From Atractiella rhizophila (Eukaryota), in NCBI GenBank assembly GCA_021432655.1, contig MU271237.1:77132-128346 (forward strand): 51,215 nt of DNA. The letters are read 5' to 3'. Positions 36,656 through 49,071 of the stretch are shown here, piece after piece. Both the position numbers and the translations under genes were made by a program. Below the pieces are notes generated by a model. That model made no database searches, was not told the DNA's origin, and worked only from the letters and a program-made list of their open reading frames with translations. Every line of letters starts with the position of its first letter. Positions within the stretch are counted from its first letter, which is position 1.

Positions 36656-39600
36656 TACATATCTGAGAGAGAGGAACAATCATTATAGAGTCAAAGGCAT
36701 TTCCAGAGCATATCAGGGTATTCAATAATGCTTTTTGCCTTTATATCCTTAGGCGTCTGCCAGGTATCAATTCCTGGACATGGTCCCTACTCCTTCAAAA
36801 TTCAGGGAGAGCTGTGCCACCTTATTGGTACTCTTTTACCACAACAAGGGTATGAAACATTTGCACAGGTCTACATTACAGATTCAGCTGTACAGACTGA
36901 ACAAAGAGTTGGCAACACTTCAGTCTCACTGACTCATAGTACGCTTGAAGACCTTCAGACTATGCTCTTCCACATGTCAACCCATATCCCAGGATCTACA
37001 AATTTGCAAAAGAAAGAATGGAACAGGATCCCACTACAACACTACATCTTTGCACAGTCGCCCCACGAGATAGGGACCCAAGACACTACAACATTCCTGT
37101 AGCCAGTGAAGTTGCTGTAGTGATGGTAGGAGACGGTAACAGAGAAGAATATGGAGTGGCCAGAGATATTATCATCCAGCTCAGGGCAACCACAACTGGT
37201 AGCAACTTACAGCGTGTCAATGAGCTCAACCCAAATTATCTTCCACTTCGTTTTCCTCTTCTGTTTCTATATGGGGACCGAGGATGGCATCCGCAGATTC
37301 CGTATCGAGACCTGCCTGCAGATCTTCCTCCTCGCGAGCGAGAGCACTTCAATGATGACGGCATGCAAGTTGGTAATTCTGGGGTTCGACAACGTGTCAG
37401 CCAAATGGAGTTCTATTTTTACATGTTGCATCTACGAAATGATATATTCTCACTCCCTCTCTATGGTGGTCAGCTACTGCAGGAATTGGTAGTCGATGCT
37501 TATGCTCAAATTGAGGCAAATCAACTCCGCTTCTGCAGTTCCATCAGTCTATTCTTTGAGCTGAGGTATATCAGGGTCTTATGGATGCCCTTGCAGAACG
37601 CTATTCTTTAGAAGATATCGGGAGGCAGACTATACTACCATGAGGTTTCACTGGCAGTCCACATTCAATGAATCAGTTGTTCTAGGATGCAATGGGTATA
37701 GTTGGTGCCAAAGGACCTCCAAATATCTTTACAACCTTCACTTGCAACCCACACTGGGCAGAGATCACGGAAGCCCTCCACCCAGGACAAAAACCAGAGG
37801 ATCAACCAGATTTGGTTTCAAGGGTTTTCGACTGAAGGCTCTGGAGTACATCAAGGATTTAGTGGTACGACAGATCTTTGGAAGGGTTATCGGATATGTC
37901 TGGGTCATTGAATTTCAGAAGAGAGGTCTATGACATGTGCACATCCTGAAGATCTTTGGGAGTTGCCAGCAAACCATTATAACTGATTTGAAAACATTAT
38001 GACAAGCTCAAGGACAATCGCGCTCATCTTCTGCAAATAGTTTATGGAATCGCTACACCTTCTGAAGACCAGATCCAAGACTCATGCCTTATTAAGGTAG
38101 AGGATCTGCTACATAGTCTAGGTGAGATACTAGAGGAGTATAGACTGCCATTACCTACCTGGATGTTTGGACGATGGGGAAGAGAGAGACAAGAATAATC
38201 GGAGAAAGAACTGGGTACAGCATTACAGAGCTGAAGCAGCACCTTGATAGGGATCTTTCTCTTATGAATGAGGATCAACGACACACATATGATACAATCA
38301 TTGAAGCCTGCCAGAATGGTACTGGAGGACTCTTCTTTCTTGATGGGCCTGGAGGAACTGGAAAGACTTTTGTTCAGAATCTTATAATGGCAAGAGTAAG
38401 ATCATCCAAGAAGATTGCACTAGCAGTAGCCTCTTCTGGAATTGCTGCTATTCTGCTTGAGGGTGGCTGTACGCTCATACACGATTCAAGATTCCCTCCA
38501 ATGCAGATGCTCAATCAGTTGAGGTATTTCAGCTCAAAGTGATCATGGAAGGCTATATGTTGAGGCAGAAATTATCCTGTGGGATGAAGCCATTATGAGT
38601 GATCAACTATCAGTCAACTATGTGGATCGATTTGGGACAGGATCTTAAAAAGGATTCAAGACCATTTGGAGGAACACTGACGGTTTTCTGTGGTATGATA
38701 CTTCCCTCATAGGAGATGGGATTTAGTGGTATGACAGATCTTTGGAAGGGTTATTGGATATGTCTGGGTCATTGAATTTCAGAAGAAAGGTCTACCACAT
38801 GGCCACATCATGTGGATGGCATCAACGATCGCTTGATTCAGTGGCTCAAATCCATAGGAAATCGGGTATATTATAGTGCAGATCAAATTATAGATGACGA
38901 GGGAGATCTCAGAAATCACTTCTCTGTTGAGTACCTGAATACCCTGGAGATCTCTGGATTCCCTTCACATTGTTTACACCTCAAGATCGATGCACCCATA
39001 ATTCTTCTGCGAAATCTCAATCCATCTGCTGGCCTGTGCAATGGCTCACGCCTCATAGTCACTCAGCTTCTCCGGCGAGTCATTGAAGCAACCATCATTA
39101 CAGGTGCACATAGTGGCGAATCAGTTCTCATTCCTCGAATCAGCATTGACAGTGCAGTATCAAACCAGCTTCCTTTTCAATTCCAGCGCTTTCAATTCCC
39201 TGTGCACTTAGTGTTTGCCTTAACTCTGAATAAAGAGCAAAGACAATCTGTTGGACATGTGGGTTTGTACTTAGAATCTTCTCCTTTGTCTCATGGGCAG
39301 CTTTATGTTGGTCTTTCACAGGTTTCAAATGCAAACAATTTACGAGTATTGGTCAAAACAAAGCAAGGAGAAGAAAACAAGCAAACAGATAATGTAGTTT
39401 ACAAGGAAGTGTTATGAATACTCAATCACTGATCATCTCTCAGCATGTTCCTAACAGTATAGTCAGAGACCACTCGGCTTTCATTGTTTTTTTTTTGAAC
39501 ACAGTAGAGTACATATGGTGAGTCTGTGCTCACTGAAGGCGTGGCCCCATGCAGTGGCTGCCAGAGGCAAGAGCTCCACGCAGTGGCCGCTGGAGGCTGA

Positions 39601-39661
39601 GGTCCAAGGGGCAAAGCCCCTGGCGGGGGGATGCCCGAGAGACAAGCGCCTGACACGCTTG
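36656..39661 (+). mobile_element. Helitron C: Rep-PIF1 helicase pseudogene with 3' end, lacking the 5' part
   Basis: Rep motifs TFTCNPHW and VIEFQKRGL*HVHI. Helicase motifs FFLDGPGGTGKTF, LWDEA, LRNLNPSAGLCNGSRL, SHGQLYVGLS and NVVYKEVL*. Terminal hairpins GGGGC-AAA-GCCCC and ACAAGCG-N7-CGCTTGT, ending CTTG|T. Has internal deletions. Confidence 0.92.
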
Positions 39662-39694
39662 TTGAGGAGAAAAGACATTTTACTGATATGCTTG

Positions 39695-39774
39695 TGCTGG
39701 ATTTAGCCAATTGCACTAAAATGACCAGTCATTCCCAACAGTGCAGATTAACCCTTTATACCCAAGGTTCAACA
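39695..39774 (-). mobile_element. Solo LTR of the 80-bp TRIM family
   Basis: 79/80 identical to the TRIM LTR. 5-bp TSD GCTTG at 39690-39694 and 39775-39779. Confidence 0.95.
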
Positions 39775-40163
39775 GCTTGCACTTTCCTTTTACTACAACT
39801 GTCGACATCTTCGATTCTTACCATTGATGAATCCACAGCTTCACCAAATCATTCCACAGACGAGCGTATATGGCGCACAATCCACGAAGAGATAGGGATG
39901 ATGGGACGATCTTGACCATTACACATCGACTGGAAACCATTATTGACTGTGAGCTTTACTCCTCCCTTTCCAAATGAAGACAGTGATTTTATCTAGAGGT
40001 TAAATTTTAGTTTTATCATTATTGGTGGTTGCCTAATCTACGACCTGCTTGTCGTGGAAGGGCATGCCCGAGGGACGTGGGCAACACTGACACACTTGTT
40101 ATTTCTAAGGATTGATGATAATCCGTCATGTTGTACGCGGGCAAGAGTCACTAAGTACCTTCT

Positions 40164-40770
40164 CTACTCCCAAATGCCTGACTCCACACTACTTCTGTGC
40201 TTCCCTATCATGCTCCTTGCAATCACAATCTCCTCCTCCCTCCACTCACCAAAGAATAAACAAACCTCAAGATGCCAATCTATCCCCATTCCATCAACCT
40301 GATCCCCCTTCTTGATCCCCCTCATACGCCAATCCCCAAAGAACCAGCAGATGAAGTCTGAGAAGTCGAACAAGTCCACCGCACAGTACTTGAGTGTTAT
40401 ATGATATATTCCTGTTGCATTTTTGAGTGTGCCAAAGAACTGGCAAGGAATGAGGTTTGAAGCTTCTTCACCCCCATCGAGGATTAGCTGGGTGAGGGAC
40501 GCTACGTCAAGCAGAGTGGTCAGGATGGAGGTCTTTCCTCTAACAGAGAAGGCGGCAAGCTCGACCATGAGATGCTCCAGAAGGGGTGGCAGAGGGTGCT
40601 CTGAGATGGATGGAGGGAGGGGACACAGAGTAGAGAGAACCAGGGATTCTAAGTTGTGTGGGAGGGAGAGCGATGGGATTGGCGGGAATTTGTAAAGGGT
40701 TAGGCATCTGACGTTGGGACGGAATTGAAGGCCTGTTGAGAATGAAACTGGAGAGTCTCCAACCGTTGGA
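40164..40770 (-). pseudogene. Leucine-rich-repeat-like (F-box/RNI-like C-terminal) gene fragment
   Basis: Periodic LxxLxL pattern: LQRLETLQF, NVRCLTL, NLESLVL, LLEHLMV, SLTQLIL. The annotated ORF start lies inside the TRIM LTR. Confidence 0.45.
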
Positions 40771-40786
40771 GTTCTTTGGAAAAGAC

Positions 40787-41130
40787 TGTTGAGCCTTGGG
40801 TATAAAGGGTTAATCTGCACTGTTGGGAATGACTGGTCATTTTAGTGCAATTGGCTAAATCCAGCATGGTAGCGAGAGCTGACCCTGCATACCCGGGTTC
40901 GAACCCCTGTCTGAGCACTTTAGCCATATTGTGAGAGTGGGGAAAACCACTATGAAAACTGTTGAGTGGGTGCTCTTCCCCACTATAAATGATGGAAGGG
41001 AATGGTTGTGGCAGGGAAAGTGGTTGCAGACAGTACAGATTAGGGAAGGGTGTTGAGCCTTGGGTATAAAGGGTTAATCTGCACTGTTGGGAATGACTGG
41101 TCATTTTAGTGCAATTGGCTAAATCCAGCA
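40787..41130 (+). mobile_element. Complete miniature LTR retrotransposon (TRIM-like), 344 bp
   Basis: Identical 80-bp LTRs at 40787-40866 and 41051-41130 (TGTTG...CAGCA). PBS TGGTAGCGAGAG at 40867-40878. PPT AGGGAAGGG at 41042-41050. 5-bp TSD AAGAC at 40782-40786 and 41131-41135. Non-coding 184-bp interior. Confidence 0.96.
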
Positions 41131-41755
41131 AAGACTTGCTGCACAATCTGTTCGCACGCACGGATGCATTCTTGAACGGTCATTCCCAATCGTCCAAGCA
41201 TGAGGGCAATCCATCCTCCCGTAGAACGGTAGAAGTGCCACAAATGAGATCGAAAACATCGCAGGGTCGAACCTCTTCTCCCTCAGGAACTCCGAGGAGA
41301 TCTCCAATTTGGAGCATGATGACTTGGAGCATGTAAAGTGTGGAAAAGGTACAGATGCCACCGTTGTCGATAGCGAGGATTCGGACGCCTTGGTCGTTCA
41401 TCTTCTTGACATTGCCGGGGCTTGGAAAATCTTGACGGCTTGAACTTGGGAGTGGCTGGGGGATGAGAAAAGTGTTGGAGTAGCAGCTCTGGAGGCAATG
41501 GGCAATGTGGTACGCGATAGGAAGCCAAATTGTTGGCCAAAAATCGTCGGTTTGGCAGTCAGGAAACGGCTGGGTCGAGAGTACAGCTGCAATACTGAAA
41601 GATTTTGACACTCCAATGCCTTCGTTAGACTGTGGAACATGTCGCAAACCGGCGGCGAATGCGTTGTCGTCGTCAGATAAATTCCCAGGGTCTTCATCGT
41701 CGCTGGGATTTAATGAAGAAGGTTTAGGCGTCTTTCTGAAGGCTGAGGTGTCCAT
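41131..41755 (-). pseudogene. N-terminal patatin fragment (second NLR-like copy), interrupted by the TRIM
   Basis: GVRILAIDNGG, RPCDVFDLICGTST, a frameshift, then GWIALMLGRLGM...EQIVQQV. The frame continues as FSKE after removing the TRIM and one TSD. Confidence 0.85.
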
Positions 41756-43247
41756 CGCCTAGAACACAAGATGAAATGAGGACAATTGACCGAGAACTCC
41801 TTGTTGAACGTGAGATACCAAACTGAGGAAATAGGTCAGATCTGGACTAGAGCTGCGAGGAGGGAGAGCATCGAAAGGATAGGTGAAACTGACTCTGAAG
41901 AAGAAACAAGGCAGTAGAGCCCATTCCTATTCAAAGATCCACGCCCATGGAAGAACATTCCTTACGAACGCGAGGACGTAAGGATAAGAAGGGGAGGTCA
42001 ACTTAGGACAACTTGAACCATTTGTCAACTTGCAAGACGGTGGACCGAACGCTGGGAAGAAGAAAGATGTCACGATGAACCAACTGCCTAAGAATGGCAG
42101 TTGTGGATATGCATTTGAGTTTGGATCAATGGAGATATGAAGCCTGCACAACTTGAATATCGAATTGACAAGTACATCTCTCATCTCATCATCGACAGGG
42201 CAAGTGTCAATAAAGACTCACATGCGAGACTTTCTTCGACCGATCGCGTAGTAACAACCAACTGCTGGCACTTGACACTCAACGCGCAAAATCCAGGAAC
42301 AATTTGCTCTCCCGCACAGCATGAGAGAGATGCAGAGAGGGTTCGTCGGTTGATGTAGACAAGGCTCGATTCTCGAAAACCCTCGTCCACCTGATGTTCA
42401 ATATTGATGGCGATCTTGACCTGATTCGTAACACGGATCCGGGGCCATCATCCCAGCAGCGAATTCCAACCCTCTTGCCCTTGCTCCACCCTCCCTGTCG
42501 CTCCTGTCATCATGCAAGCTAGGCTGCATCGAATTCTTCTTTGTAGCTGATTTGCCCCAGCACTGGAGATCAAAATCTAGCAATGGAACTGTCAGAGAAA
42601 CTATACAGAAAGCATGCGATGGCTCACCAATGATCTCATCATCCATCCAAGACTTGAAATTCTCATCATTGCTTTGACTTTTTCCACTATCAAGCTTTTG
42701 AGTGTGTTTTCTAGAAGATCGACGAGGCGAACCTCCTTCATCCTCAGATGCATTGAGGGCAACAGGGTGCAAAGCAGGAGTGATGTCTTGCCTTTGTGGG
42801 TCTCTTAACTCTTCATGAGGGACCTTTGAAGCATGGCTCCCCTCTTTTATCTGCGAGCTTTTCATGCTTGCCTGTAACTCTTTTGTATGTCAGGCATTGA
42901 GATTACTGACATTCCAGTTTGGTTGTACTCCTTCAGAGCGACTCTTCCTGGTGATTGCTTTTCACTTAAATTTCGTGAAGTTCTTATCGCTTCTCAGGCA
43001 CTCTTTTCCACACCTGTAGTTCGAAAAAGGACTCACGTGCCCACCGTATTTGCGCTGCGAAGGATATTTAGAAGGTGACTTGGTTCATATTGCATGGCCA
43101 GCCATCTCACGGCCGCGCCGCTTGTTTCGGTTCCAAGTTCCCAGTCCCTGTCGTCCCTGGGTTACTTTTAGGCAATTTGGTCACTTGTTAGCCTAAATCA
43201 GGCTTTTCGGTCATTTTTGGTTGCTCTACCTCTGCTCTCAAACCCTA

Positions 43248-46200
43248 CTATGGGTTACGGAGATATTGAACATACCTAGATATTGAACACCATATATTAA
43301 AATTTTTCAAATATACATCAATTCCTTAGCTTTTGTATATTCAGGATCACCTACTATCCACGCACATTCTCACAAAATATCTAACCGGTTGTGGAATCGG
43401 TCTTTGAGATATTGTAAAAAATGACATCGCTCCTAAACCCCCAGATTTCTAAGAATCTACATGCAAATTCATATCTTTTTTGTGCTCAGATTCAAACAGA
43501 AGGCTCAGAAGCAACTTCTCATTGTTTGAAAGTGATTGGTCAAAGTGGGGCCAGATGGTCAGTTGTTGAAAGTTGCCAATGCTCAGCTCCACAGATGCGC
43601 AACAGACTGCGCAATAAAGTTAAATTGCGCACTTTGACACGACCTTTTGGGTCACATGGTGCCGGAAACACGGACTTGGACTTGTTATTCATAACGCGCT
43701 GTCCCCAGTCGCGACTTCGACGCAGTTCCTTCCTCTCCAGCACACGGCAGCATCCCTCAAATGCCCCCAAAGAAGAAGGAGTTAACAGAGGAGGACTGGG
43801 TGGCAAGAAAGGAAAGAGATTTGGTGGAGGCAGCAGACATTTACTGGAAGAGTCAAAAAGAAGAGCAGATCAAGAAGGGGTGCGCACTTTCCTATCGGCA
43901 AGTGGCACAGCGGTATTCCTATCCAGATGGAAAGGGTGGTTTTGTGTTTATGAAGAATACTACTCTCAGGAACCGCTGTCAAGGAGGATTAAATGCTGTT
44001 GAGAGTCACTTGAGCCAAAGATTATTAACTGAAGGCGAAGAAGAAGGTTTAGTTGACTGGCTTCGATGGGTTGGGGATTCTGGACTTCCTCTTAGTAAAA
44101 GAGGCCTATATTTGGTGGTCAAGAAGATTGTTGGAACACGGCCAGGACATGGATGGTACTATTGTTTTATGAAGAGGAATGGGAAAACGATCAAAAGCTT
44201 CATAGCAAACCCTCTTGATCTGAAACGAGCAGAAGCTTTCAATCGGAGGAATGTGCAATCTTATTATGATCTGCTAGAAAAAAAGATTGAGGAGTATGGC
44301 TTATTAGCAGAAGATATAACAAATATGGATGAGAAGGGTTTGCAGTTAGGAGGAGGCCGCAAGATGGGGATGCGACGAGTAATTGGACCTGCGGAGCGAC
44401 AGGCTATCTATCGTGCGAAGTCAGATAAGCTAGAATTGATCACACTCATTGAGTGTATTTCTGCAAGTGGGCAATCGCTGAACCCACTCTTTATTTTCTC
44501 GGGAAAACGGTATCAGAAAGGCTGGCTCCAAGGGTTGACGGAACAACAGAGGGACGAGATTCTGTTCATCTTTCTCTATATCCATTAGTGGAGTGTTGTT
44601 GACAATAAAATTGCTTAGCGTGGCTGTTTCCGAAAATGGTTGGACAGATGAAGTACTTGGCTATCTGTGGTTCACGCTGGTCTATGTACCATGGGTTAAC
44701 AGCCGGGCAGATCCAAGACGTCCCTGCCTTCTTATTGTCGATGGCCATGGCTCTTACTCGTCGGCACTCATTATCCGCTACGTTTGGGAACATCTTCACA
44801 ATACCGTCCACATCATTTGCCTGCCGCCACACACGACGCATAAACTTCAACCGTTGGACGTCGGTGTTTTTGGACCAATCGGAAAGGCCTGGAGCCAGGT
44901 CACGGACGATATGCTTGAAGAAGGACGTGATATTTCAAAGAAAAACCTCATTTCAAGGTATTTGAAGTGTCGTGCAGATGGTCTGAAGCCATCAACAATC
45001 GTCAACAGGTGGAGAGCCACTGGTGTTCAAGTTGATGATCTTTCTGGAGCAGTATCAATTGATCGCAATCACTTCACAGAAGCTGATTTTGCACCAGCTC
45101 GGTATTCATCAACACGCACACAGTTTCCAGACTGCATTCCTTCCGACCTTCTCAACTTTGACGATCCTGCTCCTACCGAAACACCTACCTCTCCCTCTCT
45201 GCAAGATGATAACAAAGCAGATGGTATCCAGGTTAGGGATATTGCCCCAGAACCATCGACAATTCATGCCGGATTCCAGCTTATCAACCTCCACACCTCA
45301 CAAGCCTACTCAGATCAAGAACTCGAGGCTCGCAAATTTCCCATAATCCGGTTGCCTCCCATTTCATCTGCTTCCAATGCCGGTAGCGACATTGATCAAC
45401 TGCCAGATAACCCTCCGCAATCACAGTCCGCTCCCTCCTTATCTTGTACTCCCATCCAACCGACTAATCCCGATGTAACCATTCCAATCTCCTTAACCAG
45501 TCCAATCAGGCCTCGTGATTTCTATCCAAAGAAACCACTTACGATCTTCCGAGGTCCAGATGGGAAGAAGATCCAGTTGACAAGTCACAGTGACCCTGTC
45601 CTCCTATTCCAAGCTCTATCTGCCTTAGATTCGGAACTTCATCAAACTCGTCGTCGGGAAGGAGTGTTAAGGACGTCGGTTCACATGGGTGTGAGGGAGA
45701 ATGCGTAGCTCCGGATGTCATTGGAGTCCAAGAGGAAGCCTGGGAAGAAAACAAAGTTAGTTACAACTGCACGGCTGTTGAGCGGGAGTGAAGCATACAG
45801 GCAAATGGAAGCCCAAGAGAAGGAGGCAGCAGATAAGGCAGCGGAAGATGTGAGGAAGAAGCAGGAAAGGGCGATGAAAGCAGTTGAGAGAGCAGCGGAG
45901 AAGGCAGAAGAAGAAGCAAAGAAGAAAGAAAGAGCTGAAGAGAGAAAGAGGAAACAGAAGGACCGGGAAGAAGCTAAGAAAAACAAACTAATGCAGAAGC
46001 GGGGCAAGACAAATGGAACAACACCTCCAACATCTCTCCCACAATTACGCTCTCTCACCCATTCCACATATGCCACTGCTTCAAGCTTGGCAGCAGGTGA
46101 CCGTACATTGTATTTGACAATCAAACCAATCCAGTGTTGATTAGGGTTCTAGGCCAACTTCCTGGTCCTTCAGACCCCACTGAATCGCAACAAAAGCGAA

Positions 46201-46566
46201 AATTACCTGACAGCAGCTTCCCACGATCCCCCATACCTCCGAAGCGCCCATTCGACCCGACCTCGCATCCAACCCACGATCAGAGTCACCACTTACAAGT
46301 CCAATCCATGCAACAATTGCATACTCCAACTTCCCAGATTCAATACCTTGGTTCCTCCAGCCTAATGTACCACAGGATCATTGGAACAGTCTCCCCGGTA
46401 ACCACCTTCAATTTGGACATTTTCAGCAATGACGAATGGAGGCTCTAATTTTCCCCAGCATTCAAGTTAGAACTACAGTCAGCTTTATAGATGGCAACAG
46501 ACTTACTTATAATCTATAAGTTATGCAAACTTCATCATAGGTGCTTTCTGAGCTGTCTTGATTCGA
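43248..46566 (+). mobile_element. pogo/Fot1-like (Tc1-mariner) DNA transposon, right end truncated
   Basis: Candidate left end TA|CTATGGGTTACGG with a direct repeat AGATATTGAACA at 43261 and 43278. No right TIR before the junction with Helitron E. Confidence 0.7.
43761..46140 (+). pseudogene. pogo/Fot1-type DDE transposase with HTH/CENP-B-like domains
   Basis: LSYRQVA...TTLRNR, LLTEGEEEGLVDW, NMDEKG, SENGWT, LIVDGHGS, LPPHTTHKLQPLDVGVFGP. Intron at about 44564-44618. One in-frame TAG (45706-45708) before the K/E-rich tail. Confidence 0.9.
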
Positions 46567-49071
46567 ATACTGCACTGTCAATGCTGATTCGAGGAATGAG
46601 AACTGATTCGCCACTATGTGCACCTGTAATGATGGTTGCTTCAATGACTCGCCGGAGAAGCTGAGTGACTATGAGGCGTGAGCCATTGCACAGGCCAGCA
46701 GATGGATTGAGATTTCGCAGAAGAATTATGGGTGCATCGATCTTGAGGTGTAAACAATGTGAAGGGAATCCAGAGATCTCCAGGGTATTCAGGTACTCAA
46801 CAGAGAAGTGATTTCTGAGATCTCCCTCGTCATCTATAATTTGATCTGCACTATAATATACCCGATTTCCTATGGATTTGAGCCACTGAATCAAGCGATC
46901 GTTGATGCCATCCACATGATGTGGCCATGTGGTAGACCTTTCTTCTGAAATTCAATGACCCAGACATATCCAATAACCCTTCCAAAGATCTGTCATACCA
47001 CTAAATCCCATCTCCTATGAGGGAAGTATCATACCACAGAAAACCGTCAGTGTTCCTCCAAATGGTCTTGAATCCTTTTTAAGATCCTGTCCCAAATCGA
47101 TCCACATAGTTGACTGATAGTTGATCACTCATAATGGCTTCATCCCACAGGATAATTTCTGCCTCAACATATAGCCTTCCATGATCACTTTGAGCTGAAA
47201 TACCTCAACTGATTGAGCATCTGCATTGGAGGGAATCTTGAATCGTGTATGAGCGTACAGCCACCCTCAAGCAGAATAGCAGCAATTCCAGAAGAGGCTA
47301 CTGCTAGTGCAATCTTCTTGGATGATCTTACTCTTGCCATTATAAGATTCTGAACAAAAGTCTTTCCAGTTCCTCCAGGCCCATCAAGAAAGAAGAGTCC
47401 TCCAGTACCATTCTGGCAGGCTTCAATGATTGTATCATATGTGTGTCGTTGATCCTCATTCATAAGAGAAAGATCCCTATCAAGGTGCTGCTTCAGCTCT
47501 GTAATGCTGTACCCAGTTCTTTCTCCGATTATTCTTGTCTCTCTCTTCCCCATCGTCCAAACATCCAGGTAGGTAATGGCAGTCTATACTCCTCTAGTAT
47601 CTCACCTAGACTATGTAGCAGATCCTCTACCTTAATAAGGCATGAGTCTTGGATCTGGTCTTCAGAAGGTGTAGCGATTCCATAAACTATTTGCAGAAGA
47701 TGAGCGCGATTGTCCTTGAGCTTGTCATAATGTTTTCAAATCAGTTATAATGGTTTGCTGGCAACTCCCAAAGATCTTCAGGATGTGCACATGTCATAGA
47801 CCTCTCTTCTGAAATTCAATGACCCAGACATATCCGATAACCCTTCCAAAGATCTGTCGTACCACTAAATCCTTGATGTACTCCAGAGCCTTCAGTCGAA
47901 AACCCTTGAAACCAAATCTGGTTGATCCTCTGGTTTTTGTCCTGGGTGGAGGGCTTCCGTGATCTCTGCCCAGTGTGGGTTGCAAGTGAAGGTTGTAAAG
48001 ATATTTGGAGGTCCTTTGGCACCAACTATACCCATTGCATCCTAGAACAACTGATTCATTGAATGTGGACTGCCAGTGAAACCTCATGGTAGTATAGTCT
48101 GCCTCCCGATATCTTCTAAAGAATAGCGTTCTGCAAGGGCATCCATAAGACCCTGATATACCTCAGCTCAAAGAATAGACTGATGGAACTGCAGAAGCGG
48201 AGTTGATTTGCCTCAATTTGAGCATAAGCATCGACTACCAATTCCTGCAGTAGCTGACCACCATAGAGAGGGAGTGAGAATATATCATTTCGTAGATGCA
48301 ACATGTAAAAATAGAACTCCATTTGGCTGACACGTTGTCGAACCCCAGAATTACCAACTTGCATGCCGTCATCATTGAAGTGCTCTCGCTCGCGAGGAGG
48401 AAGATCTGCAGGCAGGTCTCGATACGGAATCTGCGGATGCCATCCTCGGTCCCCATATAGAAACAGAAGAGGAAAACGAAGTGGAAGATAATTTGGGTTG
48501 AGCTCATTGACACGCTGTAAGTTGCTACCAGTTGTGGTTGCCCTGAGCTGGATGATAATATCTCTGGCCACTCCATATTCTTCTCTGTTACCGTCTCCTA
48601 CCATCACTACAGCAACTTCACTGGCTACAGGAATGTTGTAGTGTCTTGGGTCCCTATCTCGTGGGGCGACTGTGCAAAGATGTAGTGTTGTAGTGGGATC
48701 CTGTTCCATTCTTTCTTTTGCAAATTTGTAGATCCTGGGATATGGGTTGACATGTGGAAGAGCATAGTCTGAAGGTCTTCAAGCGTACTATGAGTCAGTG
48801 AGACTGAAGTGTTGCCAACTCTTTGTTCAGTCTGTACAGCTGAATCTGTAATGTAGACCTGTGCAAATGTTTCATACCCTTGTTGTGGTAAAAGAGTACC
48901 AATAAGGTGGCACAGCTCTCCCTGAATTTTGAAGGAGTAGGGACCATGTCCAGGAATTGATACCTGGCAGACGCCTAAGGATATAAAGGCAAAAAGCATT
49001 ATTGAATACCCTGATATGCTCTGGAAATGCCTTTGACTCTATAATGATTGTTCCTCTCTCTCAGATATGTA
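46567..49071 (-). repeat. Right arm of a 2,505-bp inverted duplication (left arm 36656-39160)
   Basis: Paired coordinates sum to 85727 at both ends and for each mirrored ORF checked, implying no net indels. Mirrored ORF translations are identical within the arms. Confidence 0.97.

Noticed and set aside
40835..40918. Functional tRNA gene
   Set aside because: It has A-box-like and B-box motifs, but the D-stem, anticodon arm and acceptor stem do not pair properly. It is part of the TRIM.
40700..41161. ORFs with the repeated peptide LDLANCTKMTSHSQQCRLTLYTQGST (also 39631..39915 and 49482..49871)
   Set aside because: This is the antisense translation of the 80-bp TRIM LTR, not a protein repeat.
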